Below are positions 13,667-27,877 of a stretch of 64,000 nt of DNA, one piece after another (position 1 is the first letter of the stretch; the number at the start of each line of letters is the position of its first letter). The notes beneath the pieces are model-generated. The model did no database searches and was not told the origin of the DNA. It saw only the letters and a program-made list of their open reading frames with translations. The stretch is from Auanema rhodensis. Its lineage: Eukaryota; Animalia; Nematoda. A program made the position numbers and the translations under genes. The stretch spans positions 7,316,001 to 7,380,000 of the forward strand of contig OZ059896.1 in assembly GCA_964057225.1 (NCBI GenBank), given 5' to 3'.

Positions 13667-16600
13667 CTAGCACATTTTGCAGTGATAATTAAGAAATATT
13701 AAACACACAGCAAACCCGCCAACTGAGAGAGGAATAATGACAAGAAGAACGATGAGCGACGAATTCTGATTCCTGGGTATTGGCTCCTGAAAAAAACAAT
13801 TTTAGAAGTCATTAAGTATAATGTTGTGTTCAAAAGACACAAAATATCTTTAAATATTAATATAGATACTTGCTCTACCACCCTTTCCCTTTTAACTATT
13901 TATTTGCCAAATATATAGATGTTGTTGTATAAATAAATATTTTAAAAATCCCTTTTTTTTATTCTCATGCTAAAGAAAAAAAAACGCTAAACTTCAGATG
14001 TAAATTGATTATTATGAATAAATAATATATAATATTCATTATATATTAAATAATATTTATCTACATATATAACATATGTATGTAGAGTAGGATTGGTGTA
14101 TAAAAAAAAACTTCAAAATCCTTTCTAATCTATTCAATTAATCATTTATTATGTTTTGATGTTCTATATTCTACCCAGTCTTAACAACAACATAATAGGT
14201 ACAGATGTATCCCCTTGTTGTTCATTCAGTTCTCAGACTTCATAACGTAGATTATCTTTGCTAGAGCTCTTGAATTAATAGGTTGTTTAGGCCATTGCCT
14301 TTCTTTTATATATGGAAAAGCCTTCTTTAAGCAGTATTGACTTAGTTGTCTTTTATCCCAAAACTTCAATTCTATTTCATCTTTGAAGTTTTCTTCTAAT
14401 TCAAAAACTTAATTCATTATAAAAATATTCATAGTATTGTATATGTAACTATAGATTTAAGATTTATAATATTATAACATATAATATATTCTTTTTTTTT
14501 TTCAAATGTTTAGAATCATTGATTAATATAACTTATTATTGTATGAATAAGTTATTATAAATACTCAGGAAATAACTACTTATTTATATATTTAATATAA
14601 AGGAAATCACATGAATGTATGCATAATATATCTTAATGACTACATTCTCCCATTTTTTTAACTTCCGAATGCTTAACAGAAAGGAAATATAAAGTTAATC
14701 GAAGAAATATTCTATAAATATACAGTAAGATTCTTAGTTTTCTCACTTCTTATCTTCGTTTTTCTTGTGCTCTAATCATTATTTTCCCATGTCTAGTATT
14801 TATGTGCCCAAAGACAAACTAGGAAGTCAGCTTGACAAAATTTGGAAAACGAGTATTGAGTAGAAAAGAATACTGAGGAGAAAGATATGGAAATATAGAG
14901 AAGGATTTAGAGAAAGTGAGGTTTTGGAACTGCTCTCTAGGCGGATTGACCCAAACACAAGGAATCGAAATGACAAATCGAGATGCTCAAGGGGATAAAT
15001 ATGCTTCGAAATAAAGCTATCCGATGAGAAAACGTTGCTGCAATCAAATCCATATGAGATGTCATATCACAGATTTGAATCTTTCTATACATTCACTGTG
15101 ATTAGAAGCAATGTTTTTCTTTAAAAAATACAAAAAACCTTCATTGATTATCAAAATTTGATTGATATAAGATCGAAATATGATAATAATATATTAAATA
15201 TTCTTAGTAACTTTTTATTATTTAAGAATAGGCAATAAATACAAAAGATTAAAGTATATAAGCTTATCCTAAGCTTGCAATACTTTAATAAAATATCTCA
15301 AGTATTTATAGAAATATGCAACATTAGAGACCATTCGATCATGATGTGTCTCTGAACGGCCATATATACAGAATGTGAGCTTGAAAATGAGTATTACAGC
15401 ATATTCTGGTTGCCGTAAAAACGATCCCCTAGCTACTGCAGCATCCCTTTTCTGAATTCTTTTTTCTCTCTATCTTTTAATCTCTCCTCTTTCTTCCTTC
15501 ATCTTACTATTTCAGCGTTAGAAAATCGAAGGATGAGAGTAAGTCCATTCATCAATGGATACACAGAGCCGTAAGAAAAGAAGAGAGAAAGGACATGATG
15601 TCGTGTTGTCTACTTAGTCTCTACATGAAAGAATTATTAATTGGATATGAGGTTGCGATTCAAAAAATAGTATTCAAATAGCAGAGATTGAGAAAGATGA
15701 TGAGAATATGAAATATCGATGAATGCGAATACTACAACAAGGCATACATTAGTACAAACGAAAGAGCAACTTATGCATAGTTAAATAATCTTTGTGAATT
15801 TCGTGAATAATCTGTTTCTTGATAAGGTTTTTCTAAGAATTCTTGTCTTTACTATATGTTTCAGGAGAGGAAAAGTATATTTCATGTTATTTCTAGATAA
15901 AATCTATCCAGACATGAATAACCTTTAGTTTTCTGGTATATGATGTTCAATATCCTCTCTTTTTTCCATCCCGCCTAAGAAACTTAGTTAAAGCTTCAAA
16001 GAACTTACCGGTCTCGCATGCGGGGGAGAATACGGAATGTCCTGTTTAGAAAACGTGACGTGATCCTTTATATGTTCATGACGATTATCTATAGATGCTC
16101 TCAAATAAGCAAAAGTATTGCAAAATTCTTCATCACATTTGCAGACCTAAGTAAGAAATATCAAATATAAGAAACGAATCTATAACTAACCTCTTGCCAA
16201 CTATCTATTCTTTCCTCACATCGACTATGTGATCCTGCCAGAAATGGTATTTCATTAGACGATCCACAATGTTGTCGTAATTTGGGTGAATCACCTTAAA
16301 TATATTAATTTATTATAATTAAGAATATTCTATGAATTATATCATTTTTATATTATTTAATATGAAAAAAAATTAATAAATAAATAAATAATTTCATAAT
16401 ATTCTGTATCCATGTGTTAATGTGTGTGCATGTGGGCATGTGTACCTATATTAACTATAATAACATTTTTTTTTTCAATTTTCCCTGTGAATGGAAAAAA
16501 AGACAAAAATAGCATTCGATTTCGCGAAATTCAATGCTTTTTACATTCGCCTTTAGTGATCAGGTTGTCGACGACAACTTCCGGCTATATTCACAGCCAG

Positions 16601-19600
16601 AATCACATCTCTTCCTCTATCTATAACATGAGACTTGAGTCAGAGTCTTCCCACCCAAAAATTGAAAAAAGGTTAATCTTATGGTTCAGAATTTAGAAAT
16701 TGTTTATGAAAAGCTTATATAAATATTAAGCTGTTCTTGTGTATTACACACACATAGAAAATCAACAATGTCTTACATTCCCAAACAAAACAGTAAAATT
16801 TTGATGACTATAGATGGTAAAATTGACAAAATATTATATTATATATATACAATAGCATAGTTAAATCTTTTTTTTATCATTTAACTAGATATTAGTCATG
16901 TTATTAAATAGAAAAACAGTCATATTCCTTATTTTGTAGTTCCCCTCTATCTCATCTCTTTCAACGAAGTATTTCCAAAGTCAAAAAAAAAAAAAAGAAT
17001 ATAAATGAAAATAACAATGATACTATTTAGAAAAAGTCAATTCAATTAGACATCAAAATCGTCCACAACCATAAACGATGACAGAAAAGGAAGGAAACAG
17101 AAAATATTTTTTTCATACTTAAAAAAACCCAGCAATTATGATCCTTTTTTTGGTATGTTAGCCTGTTTATAGCTTTTTTTTTTCATAAAATTTTAATTAT
17201 ATTTTATGAATCAGTTACAATATTTTTAGTCTTTTTTCTCTTTTTTTTTGCATTATTCTTCTACGTTTTTTTCGTAGATTATGAAGAAAATACTTTGTTG
17301 ACTTGATAGATACTAAATGAAAAAGAGAGACAGGCAGACACCGACTACTTGGACTCACTGTTCAAAAGCAGCCACATTTCTCCCTTATATTCAATATTTA
17401 ATATTATTTCTTTTCTATCTATAAATATGCAAAATTGTGAAAAATACTTTTATTTTAAATTCAAATAAAAGAATTAAATAATATAATGAGCTGAAGCAAT
17501 TATTTATTTTGAAAATTATTTTTAGTTGCTATAATTGATTATATAAAAGTTTTTTCTTGTTTATTTATTTTGAAAATTTTTAAAAGTTCCTTAATAAACT
17601 TATAAAATAATTATAAATCTACAATGTTAATCATATACATATAGATTTGAAAACTTTAAAGTTTTTCTTTAATAAATTGATTTGAAAAGCAAGTATGATC
17701 ATCATATCTTGAATCATCAATTTCCGAGTCTCAACTCTAGACTTCTAATGGCTAAGAGCTTATCTTAGATTCAATCGCTTATAAAGTACTTCATAAGCTA
17801 TTAAAAATAATTTTCTATAATATCAAGTAAACACACAGAAGATTCAAGATGTTCAACATATGCTTCTTTTCAAATGTCGTTAAGCGTCATTGTAATCATC
17901 TATATACATAAACTATTATAAGATTTATCTTCATTTATCATTCTTTATAAACTTTTTTTATTATTGATTTTATTATTTTTTATTTAAAATTAAAAGAAAA
18001 ATTAAAAATCGTACCGTTTTCATCACGTCGTAACCCAATGAAACAATATTCGCCCTGACAATATAAACTTTCCTTACACGACTCGCGATCACAGAAACAT
18101 TTTATTTGACTGGTAACTGAAATAATAAATAAATAATTAAATTATAAACTATATATATAGTTAATATACATATTTATATAATATAATATTATATTTATAT
18201 AAATGAAAATAATAATATAAACATGTTCTAATGTTAATCTTCCATCTTAATTCTATTCAGAATGATAAAGATAAATTTATATTTTGATTATAAAAATTAA
18301 ATAAAAAAATATAAAATTTTTATAGAATTGTTTACTAAAAATAAAATAATTGTTTAATTCAAAAATTAAAACGTAATAGCGTAATTTCTTAAAATTAAAC
18401 TTCAGTTACTGTTTTTGACCAAAAAAAAAAAAGTAAAGAGAATAAGTTCTCTTAGAATAATAATTCTTGTGTGTAGCGTGATCAATGATATTCAAATTAA
18501 ATTCAAACAAGGATGAATAATGAATTTGTGAAAAACCCAAAATGACTGAAACTAAATTAAAGTCTTTGCATAGTAAAGACTTCATTTCAATATTGATTTT
18601 GATGTTTAAGACAATGAAAATTCATTTATAAAACATCATGAAGAACTAATAATATATAGAATATAGTTATAAACAAACTATATAATCATTTCAATAAGAT
18701 ATTTTAGAATTATACTTATTCTCTTTCATATATATGTACTTTTTTTTACTTGAATGAACAAGAGAATCAAACTTAAATCCCCCACTTCAATAGAAAAATC
18801 TCTTTGTTCAAGCAGTTTTAACTTTCTTCTTCTTCTTCTTCTTCTTCATTTCGTTTTTCAAATTGATTCTAATCAGTTTGAAATGTAAAATAGAATGAGA
18901 AGCAAGTGCTTGAATAGATTAATGATCGACACAATTATCACACATTGTATTTGATGTCATTTGGAGGTTGATATATCTTTTCCAATGTCTTGATAATGTG
19001 ATTTTCAAAATAGATTCTTAGCTAAACAGATGAAAATTAAATTATTTTTTGAATTCATTTTTCATTTTGAGGACAACAGATTGTAAAACTATGAATAGAA
19101 TTCGAAAAAAATATATAATTATAGAAAAACGAATAACAATATAGGACAACGTTCTCTTAACTTCATTTTAATCCAAATGATATAATATTCAAGGAATTTA
19201 AAGTCAACTGATATTTATCTGATATCATTAATTCATTTGAAAATCGGAAAATTTTTCTTCAAATTTCAAACAAGAAATATTTGCCTTTTTTTCAAAAAAC
19301 TTTTTCTGTTGCCTCCCTTTCTTGAATTCAAGTCTGATTTCAAAACTATGTTGACGATGAAAGTATATGCTTTTGGTAAGATACATCATGGATCATATTC
19401 CCACGTAGTATATACGTAGCATCATTTACTTCAGAATTCAAGTTTCCCATATATGTATATAAGCGAGAATCTCCTACGATATGTAGATGAGGTCATGTAA
19501 CCCAAGTAATATCATTGAAAAAAATTGGAAATCTTATTATAAAGGAGATATATTCAATCTATATGTATATAGTTAAATTGAAAATATCATAAATTATATA

Positions 19601-22600
19601 ATTAAAAAGAAATAATAGTAAATGACAGAAGATTCTCTTCTTTATATTTCTCTAACTATATCTCTTCTTTACTTTCATTGTTCACTTTTCTCCTTTTTTT
19701 TCCAATTAAAAAGAGAAAAAAATATTTCTATATGGTATTATTTACTAATATTTAGTTGACTATATTATACATATAATATATATATTATATGTGTATACTA
19801 TATTAGTTGGAAAGAAAAAAAAATACAAAATAAAGCTTCAGATGCTGTGTTGTATCAATTAATATACAACCCAGTTATATAATAATATTCTATAGAAGTA
19901 ATAACATGAGACTTTTGAAGAATATTTTACAAAATTTGTTCATATTCTTCATTTTCAAATAGATGTTATGCTTTGAAAATCTAATACACTTACAGCTTCA
20001 AGGATATATAGATACATATATGTATTTCTTACTTTCTCTCTCTCTCTCTCTCTATACTCTATACGCACTCTCGTTTTATTCCGTTTTCTCTTATATTTTC
20101 ATTCACTATTCCTTTCAGTTTCTATTTTCTGTTATCTAACGTATTCACTTTCTTGCTTCTTCTCTTCAGTATTCTAAGATTAGTCATCAAGTGCTGATGG
20201 CGTGCTCAGCAACGAAGTCCGTTGTCATCCACTCATGAAGTTCGTTCACTTTCTAGCCAAGCTCGTTTAAGAAGTAAAGAAGCGGAGCATCATCAACTAA
20301 TATCCTTCCTCATCTTTACTTCTTCATTCTGTTCTGAGCCTCGTTTTCTCTAGTTCTTGCTTCTTCTCCTAGTTTTCTTCTTTCACTACGCCCTAGCTCG
20401 TTTCTCAACTGCTGCATTGCTAGTTCCTCGAATTATCAGACGACATCTGGATGGACAACGTGGTCATTCAAGAGTTTCCTCAAGGGAATCAGCAGAAGAA
20501 ACATACCAAATATACCCATAGTTACAGCTTTCCTGGTCACATTTGTCTTTGACATCCAGCTTAAGCTGATGCCAATTGGACAACTTTAATTTCTCTTTCT
20601 CTCATTCTCTTAAGCTTTCCTTCCTTGTAACTTCCTCTCTCAATCTTCAGCCACAACATCGAGTGGTATATTGAATTATCTAATGAACAAGCATAAAGTC
20701 GGAATGTTGTGACCCACGATGTACAAAAGTAGTTACAACATCATTGAGTAATCCCATATTTGCTGTTCTGAAGAGTAAAGTAATGCTTCATAATAGAAAT
20801 AACTATCCTTGTTGCTAGGAGTACCTTATATGAATAAAAAAAGAAATAAAATATTCGTTAAAGCGGTGAGACCAAAATTAAAAAAAAAGAAGAAATTCTA
20901 TATGAACAGAGATAGGTAGAAAGCTTGTCATTCAACAAGACAAGAATGAATTAGTTCATATTAATCATGAACATGTAGTAAAAATATGAAAATGCTAAGG
21001 AATATTTGAAGCATCCCCCCATCTATCTAGATGATTTTTAGCAGATTTATATTGTCTTCTCTCTTACAGATCAATCATTACTTAGATATGTATGTAATGA
21101 AGAATAAATGGCTTCCCTTTATATAGTTTCATCAATAACACAGACATTTGAAGTATCAAATAGATGTCTCTTTCATGATATTTAGAAAGAAGAAATTAAT
21201 GATGAAATGAAGACAACACAAGAAAATAAATTGGTTGGCAACAGAGAGGAAGAAGAATATATTATAAGATTAACTGTAATGACACATCGAAAATAGAAAA
21301 GAATAGTAAAAGAAGAAGTGCTTCATATACAGATGATACTTTTACACGAAAGAAACATTAGCCAAACAACAAATTTAGAATATAGTTCTTCTTCATCAAC
21401 TCCCCCCCCCCCATTCTTTCCACTTCATCTTCGCTTTCTTCTTTTTTTCCAAATGGCATATATAGCCTCTGGATTCTTTATTTCAGTTCTTATTTAGGCT
21501 TTTTTCTCATCGTTTGATTGACCACCCTCATAGCATTCATTCATGTTCATGTAGAGAGCAGCTGTCCGACAATAAGCTGAACCGACATATATTCAAGAGA
21601 TGAGGACGACGTTGAATTCAATGTCCTTCTCCTCATCGACATCAACATCATCAGTCTCATCATCGTCATCGTCATAATCGATTTTGACATATGCAGACAT
21701 CATCTTCATCATTCTTATAATCAACATCATTCTAGAAACGTCATGATTTTCATCTTCATTCATCAGAGCCTGCAGGCATGTTCTACGTGTAATGGTTGAC
21801 ATCGAAAGACAAAAGCTGCTATGCCGTTCAGTTTTGACTTTTATGCTTCTGAAGCTTATGCAAAGTAAATGATTTGTTCCCCCTTTCTTTCTCCCTTCTC
21901 CCTCGTTTCTCTCAATATCTCGGTCTTGTTTATGTCGTTTTTCAGATGACAACACGGATGCCAATTGTTGGTACACAAAACCAATCTAAATATACTACAT
22001 GATTATGAATTTTGACTGATGATGAATGGCTATTTAAAGCTGAAAAACTGAAAAAGAAAGAAAATATATCTATTTGAATAATATATATTTCCATATCTTT
22101 TTTTCATAAAATTTTCAAACAATTAAAATGAAATAACTACAAGAAGATACAGCTTTCCGAAATATACTGACTGAGCTTACTTCTTCTGAGAACATGAGAT
22201 TGTTGATGAAACACAAAGCAATCAAGTAATCAATATAAGAATCTTTTTTTGAAAAAAAAACTTTTCTTTTCCTTGCTTGATAGTTATAAAGAATTTAAAA
22301 TTCTTCTTTTCTTCTTTTTGATCTTTCTTTGTTATTTAACAAATGAACAAATTAATTGACTGAAAAGGATAAGAAATAATCTTCTGTTCTTCCGTTTTTT
22401 TATGTTCTTTTTCTTTATAATAAAAACGACAAAAAGAATAAATATATATATATATATATATCAATATAGTATATAGCATATAGCATATATATATTACATA
22501 TACGAACAAAAGATTTACAACATTTGTTCGAAATCTTTCTGTTTGCTTCTTTTAAAAAATGGATAATGATGTTGTTTTGTGATAAGAAATGTTGAGCTCA

Positions 22601-24270
22601 CGAGAATTTGGGTCTCAAGGGGACTAAAGAAGATAATAAGGAGATGAAAAATCATTTGAAAGCTTAGCCAGTTATGATTCATAATAAATTCAATGGTGAT
22701 CCTATGGCTGCTAATGGACATGAGGAAAACTCATATCTTCATAATCTGTGGCTTCATCTTCTCAGCTTTCTTCAATCAGCAACCATCTTTCAACGATAAA
22801 TGTCTCAATCAACTTCTTTATATCTTTCTAAGCTTCTCCTTAGCTATATTATTGACAAAGTTTCTTTTTAAACGTCATGATATGGATGAGAACATCAGCA
22901 TACAGCGTGCGCAATATGTGAGTCAAGCTATATATGGTTTCAAGTTTTTATAAAAGTTTGATTATGAATATACTTGCATCTCTACATCATGCTTGTCAAT
23001 CTTTCATATAACAAGTAGAATTCAAAATTACAAAGGAGAAGCATTAGAAAGCCTTTTTTACTTTGACTTCTTTCATGTATTTCAAATGAGTATCATCAAA
23101 GTTTTATTGTAATTTAATTACAGCATTAATAATTCTTTTTTACTATCCCTTTAACTATATCAAATAAGTTTATATTTGATTTTTCTCGCACAACATGCAT
23201 AAGAAACATCATATTGGCTTATCTATATGCATAGATTTATGAGAGTTGGCCAGTAATTTTTCAAAGTCAAAAAGAAAAAAATGTGCGGAATCTCAACTTT
23301 TCTCTCTCTCTCTCTCTTTTCCCTCTTCTTCTGCTCAAGATTTAGGAGGCGCCCTATAATCAGATAGTCATCGAACACTGGCCTTTCTCTCCCCAGGATG
23401 TACATATATATGGACACACATCGACTCTCTCGACGTGCTGTGCCTCATGTCCCAGGAGGCCATTTCAGCCATTATCGTCGAAGCTTGGCGAACCAAATTG
23501 GGACAGGAAGCCGACTGGATCTGTCCTCTTGCACGCCCTCTCTCTCTCTCTTTCTCTTTTTTCCCCTCTCTCTCTATCTATATTTCTATCTATCTCTCGA
23601 AGGTTTATGCTTCATGTTTCTAAACCTATGCTCGAAATAAGAAAACCGAGGTTTTAAACATTTTCAGAAATTGTGAAACAACATAGGAGGTCCAGCTTAT
23701 GTTGCTTTTCTTTGTTTTTTGTTGTTTCCCTGTTTTAAGCCATTTCTTCTATTTTTCTTCAGCCCCCTCCCTGTTCAATGTTATTGGTCACTCTGTGAAA
23801 ACCCGAGAATTTGAAAAAGAACTCCCACCCAATCGACAGAAAAAATGAATAAAAAAATTGAAATCGAATGAGCGAGAAGCGTAGCATTAGAGAAAGGCTA
23901 AGAGGAATAAAGCCAGTACAAGAGAGTGGAGAGCGTTAAAAGAGGAAGAAACGAAAAATAATACTATATATTGAAAATTGGTTATAATATATATATATAT
24001 ATATATATAAATATATAAATATACAAGCATATGCATGTGTATTGTTAGAAATTCTTTCAATTCTTTTGAGGAAAAGATAAGTACCAAGTAAAAAAATTCC
24101 ATAAAACAAGAATTACATGTGGACTTGATGAGCTTGTTCACACGAAACTCTTATGCTTTTAATGATCTTTCAAGCTTTAAAAGGTTATTATCAACTTCTT
24201 TACTCTCTCCCAATCTTTCTTATATCTCTTTTTGCCATTCTACTTCTTCATTTTTCTCCTCGTGCTTCCC

Positions 24271-24301
<31 letters not shown>

Positions 24302-25253
24302 TGCTTTAGAACATGAAAATGTTTAAATATTTATTGATTTAAAGAAGAACAACAAAAATGGTAATTGTGTCTTCTGACACAATATTTTTTGTCTAAAAAC
24401 GACTTAAAAAGTTGGAAATTGCTTGCAAGAAATGCTTAAATGTACAGCATTGAATGTACTGTTAGAACATCGATGCTTACAAAATAGCTTGAAAGATTCT
24501 GATGTGATTGTACTCACATTAGACATAAAGAATTGTATTTCTTCATACTTTAGCTATCACAACAGGATAAAGTTATATTAATTGAATAAATTATACGTAT
24601 GTTCTAAATATTATCATACATAATAACTTAATTGAAGTCAAATACTTATTTTACTAATAAATCAAAATATAAGTGATATGACATATTTGAAAAAGAATGA
24701 AATAATTATGAGATTATATAGAAAAAAGGATAAATATTATTATCATTATATCTACATATATCTATTTTTCTGTTCAAATACAGACTCAGTAGAAGATTGC
24801 TCAGTTATAGTTTCGTAAATGGGCTTATGTGCATAAATGATCCAGCAAGCAGATATCCTAGTTGAGTCGTCTTTTCAGTAAGCTCTCTTCATCTCTCCTG
24901 ATCACATGGCTTCGTCTGGTTACATCTAATCCATTTCTTTAAGCTAACCAAACTCAACTGAACCAAACAAAACTATTAGCTATATGTGATATTACAGAAA
25001 CGATACAATACTATTATACCATATGATATAGTAATAGATCGAAAGAATGCAAATATCATCAATAGAATAGTGTGAGAGAGAGAAATATAGAGAGAAAGAG
25101 GAAAGAGAAGGGGTTACATACCTTAATTCAGCAAAAAATGCAGTAAATATTCATATTAATTATAAAAATAATCAATAAGATGAAGAAATTTAACCTGCTA
25201 TTTCAGCTTTATGTGTTTTACAATCTTAATAGATTTTCTTATTTCTTCTCTTG

Positions 25254-25307
<54 letters not shown>

Positions 25308-26247
25308 ACCCCTTCAGCAAGAACGATAATTTAAATGCAATATCATTGTACTTGTATAGACAGAATCTATTGCAGAAAATATTCAAATTTTCACATAATA
25401 TATATATTATATTCTCATGTTGAATATCCTCTGATAAATTGAAATTGCAAAAACACACACACTTTCTTCTCACTCTCACTCTCACTCTCCAGCTTTTTTT
25501 TTTCTTATTCAATTACTTATTCTTTTTTTTGCTAAGGTGCCAGTTAATTCAAGCGTTATCTTCAACTTTTTTTCTGTAAATCTCTCATTTTTGCTTTAAC
25601 CTTTTGAACAAAAAGGGAAGGAATACGACAGAGCACCTTCAACTACTTTCATGTAGTTGTCGTCACAAAAAAAAAAGAAATAACCGGCAACAGTGTTTGG
25701 CAAACACGTCGTCTACCTGAACCGCTTATTAGTAAATTTCGTGTCTAAGTCTTTCGTAATAACAATGGAATAATGATCGAATGTTCAGTACTCTTTCTTT
25801 TCTCTTTCATTCATGGTGCCATGCTCATTTCTCCTTTTAGCATTTTCTTTTTCATATTTCTACTCTTAAAATTTTTTATTTTACCAGAAAGAGTAAAAAG
25901 GAGAGCAGTAATAACATCTTAAATCTTAATCAATTGTCTTGATTCAGATTTATATAAATGGCTTTCTGCTTATAAAGAATTTGAATTTTATGATGTATAA
26001 AGCAACAACAAAAAGTATATGCAAAATAAAAAAATCTATAGATAGTTAGAATAATGAATGAAGTAATAACCATATAGTTAAAAAGTTCTAATATAGTAAC
26101 TAATTTATAAACTATATACTAGCTTTTGAAATCAAAATACAATTAAATGGCAATGGAGCCTTCAGAAAACACTTCTTTATATTTTACGCTGACGGCTCAA
26201 TTTTTTTCAATTAAAAAAAATAGATATTCACGATGATGATGATGATA

Positions 26248-26278
<31 letters not shown>

Positions 26279-26642
26279 GATTGAACCAATGAGGGAACAC
26301 ATCGATACACAAAAAAACTTTGGAGAACCCCATAGGACCAGGATTTGACTGAGTCAATCGTCGTCCCCCTGGGTCATAGTTTAGAATAAAGAGAAAGTGT
26401 AAAACTAGAGAGAGAGGGATTGAGAGAGGACGAAAGGAGAAGCCAAAGAAGGAGTTGAAGTCGAAAAAGAGAAGACATCGACTGAGGTGCCAGAGTGCTG
26501 CAGCTAGAAGATGGCTCTGAGAAAGGGACCTAAGGACGAGAATGACGACCGTTGTTGGCTGAATAAACAAATGCCCTGAGGGTATATTTCTAGAAATCTT
26601 TCTTCACAAGAAGAGCACAGAGGAAATCCTTAGCTGTCTAAA

Positions 26643-26702
<60 letters not shown>

Positions 26703-26925
26703 TGCACAGAAAAGCTTAAGTTAACGTCTGACTTATATGGCCATAATGGTAAAAGCCGGATGACAGACTCAATTCATGGTCGGAAGAATATAAGGAAATG
26801 ACTTTAAACAACAGTTGCACAAGACATCTTGTAACAAAGATTTAAAATGAGACATTTGCGTGGACAATTATTTGGTAAGTCTGAAGGGCAAAAAAATGAA
26901 ATAACAATAGTGGATATATTACTCC

Positions 26926-26963
<38 letters not shown>

Positions 26964-27340
26964 ATAGATAAAATTTAAAAAATAAGATCAGAAACATTCT
27001 GTTTTTGATAGTAATCGGAAAACATTGTGCTGCAATGTTATTTCAATGTAAAGAACAATCTGTCCTGCCTGTCGGACATGTACCTTATCCCATGTTGAAA
27101 GGTCAAAACTAAGACAGAAAATGTCTAGACAACTACATTATGAATGAGTGAAGTATCCGTTTCAAACATATTGAACATATGTTATAACAAGTAAAAATGA
27201 GAGCAAAAGAAGAGAATCTGATGGAAGTTTGTGACAGAAATGACAGCAAAATTAAGAAAAAAAGTTCAAAGTAACAAAAGAGAAATGAACTAACCTTGTA
27301 CAAGTGATGCGATTGTCATAAGCCATAAGAATAATATCAT
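13667..27340 (-). CDS. 169-aa single-pass membrane protein with a 10-Cys activin-receptor-like/three-finger ectodomain and no kinase domain (exons 27340-27295, 18116-18015, 16294-16191, 16146-16009, 13786-13667)
   Basis: Translation: MILFLWLMTIASLVQ-VTSQIKCFCDRESCKESLYCQGEYCFIG...QHCG...SRCEE...VCKCDEEFCN...SLIVLLVIIPLSVGGFAVCLIFL-NYHCKMC*. Exon lengths 46+102+104+138+120=510 nt keep the frame; splice sites are canonical. The first (signal-peptide) exon, 9.2 kb away, is the least certain part. Confidence 0.8.
24271..24301. repeat. (CAT)n microsatellite
   Basis: About 10 perfect CAT units. Confidence 0.95.
25257..25305. repeat. (TC)n microsatellite
   Basis: Perfect dinucleotide run. Confidence 0.95.
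26232..26277. repeat. (GAT)n imperfect microsatellite
   Basis: Direct inspection. Confidence 0.9.
26643..26699. repeat. (AG)n microsatellite
   Basis: Near-perfect dinucleotide run; an opposite-polarity (TC)n run lies at 26930-26961. Confidence 0.95.
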
Positions 27341-27744
27341 TACGATGCTTGTGTCTAATCATAAATACATAGAGATGATCCTTAGAACATTAAACGGAAA
27401 CTGCTGTAGCTTGGCGTTCAACTACAAAAAAATAAAATTTTGATTATTTAGATATTTAGACGATATAACTAACTCAAGAAGCCTAGGAGTAACCCAATTA
27501 GGTGGTCTGGAGAATGATTCTGTTAAAAATTGCAGAAATCACCACGATTACGACTGAAGCAGAGCCTGAAGCACGGCAGAAGTAGGGAACAAGCCTTTGA
27601 GAAGAGAGTACTCGGCAAGTATGTCTGAAGGGGCGGAGTCTGATGGCATCTGCTGAGGTCCGCCTAAGACCCCGCCTACTTTTTTGTGCATCACTTGCAA
27701 ATTGTTGCTTTCAAGGGAAAGAACATGAAAAGAGAGAGGGGGTG

Positions 27745-27779
27745 ATATATATATATATATATATATATAGAAAAGTGAA

Positions 27780-27856
<77 letters not shown>

Positions 27857-27877
27857 CTGACCGAGAGAGAGAGAGAG
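27745..27877. repeat. (AT)n followed by long (GA)n tract just upstream of the three-finger receptor gene
   Basis: Direct inspection; explains the spurious RERERE ORF 27643-27894. Confidence 0.95.

Noticed and set aside
14230-14400. ~57-codon open frame (LEENFKDE...MKSEN*) in the last intron of the receptor gene as an alternative terminal exon
   Set aside because: No clearly phase-compatible strong acceptor and no recognisable motif; chance is plausible.
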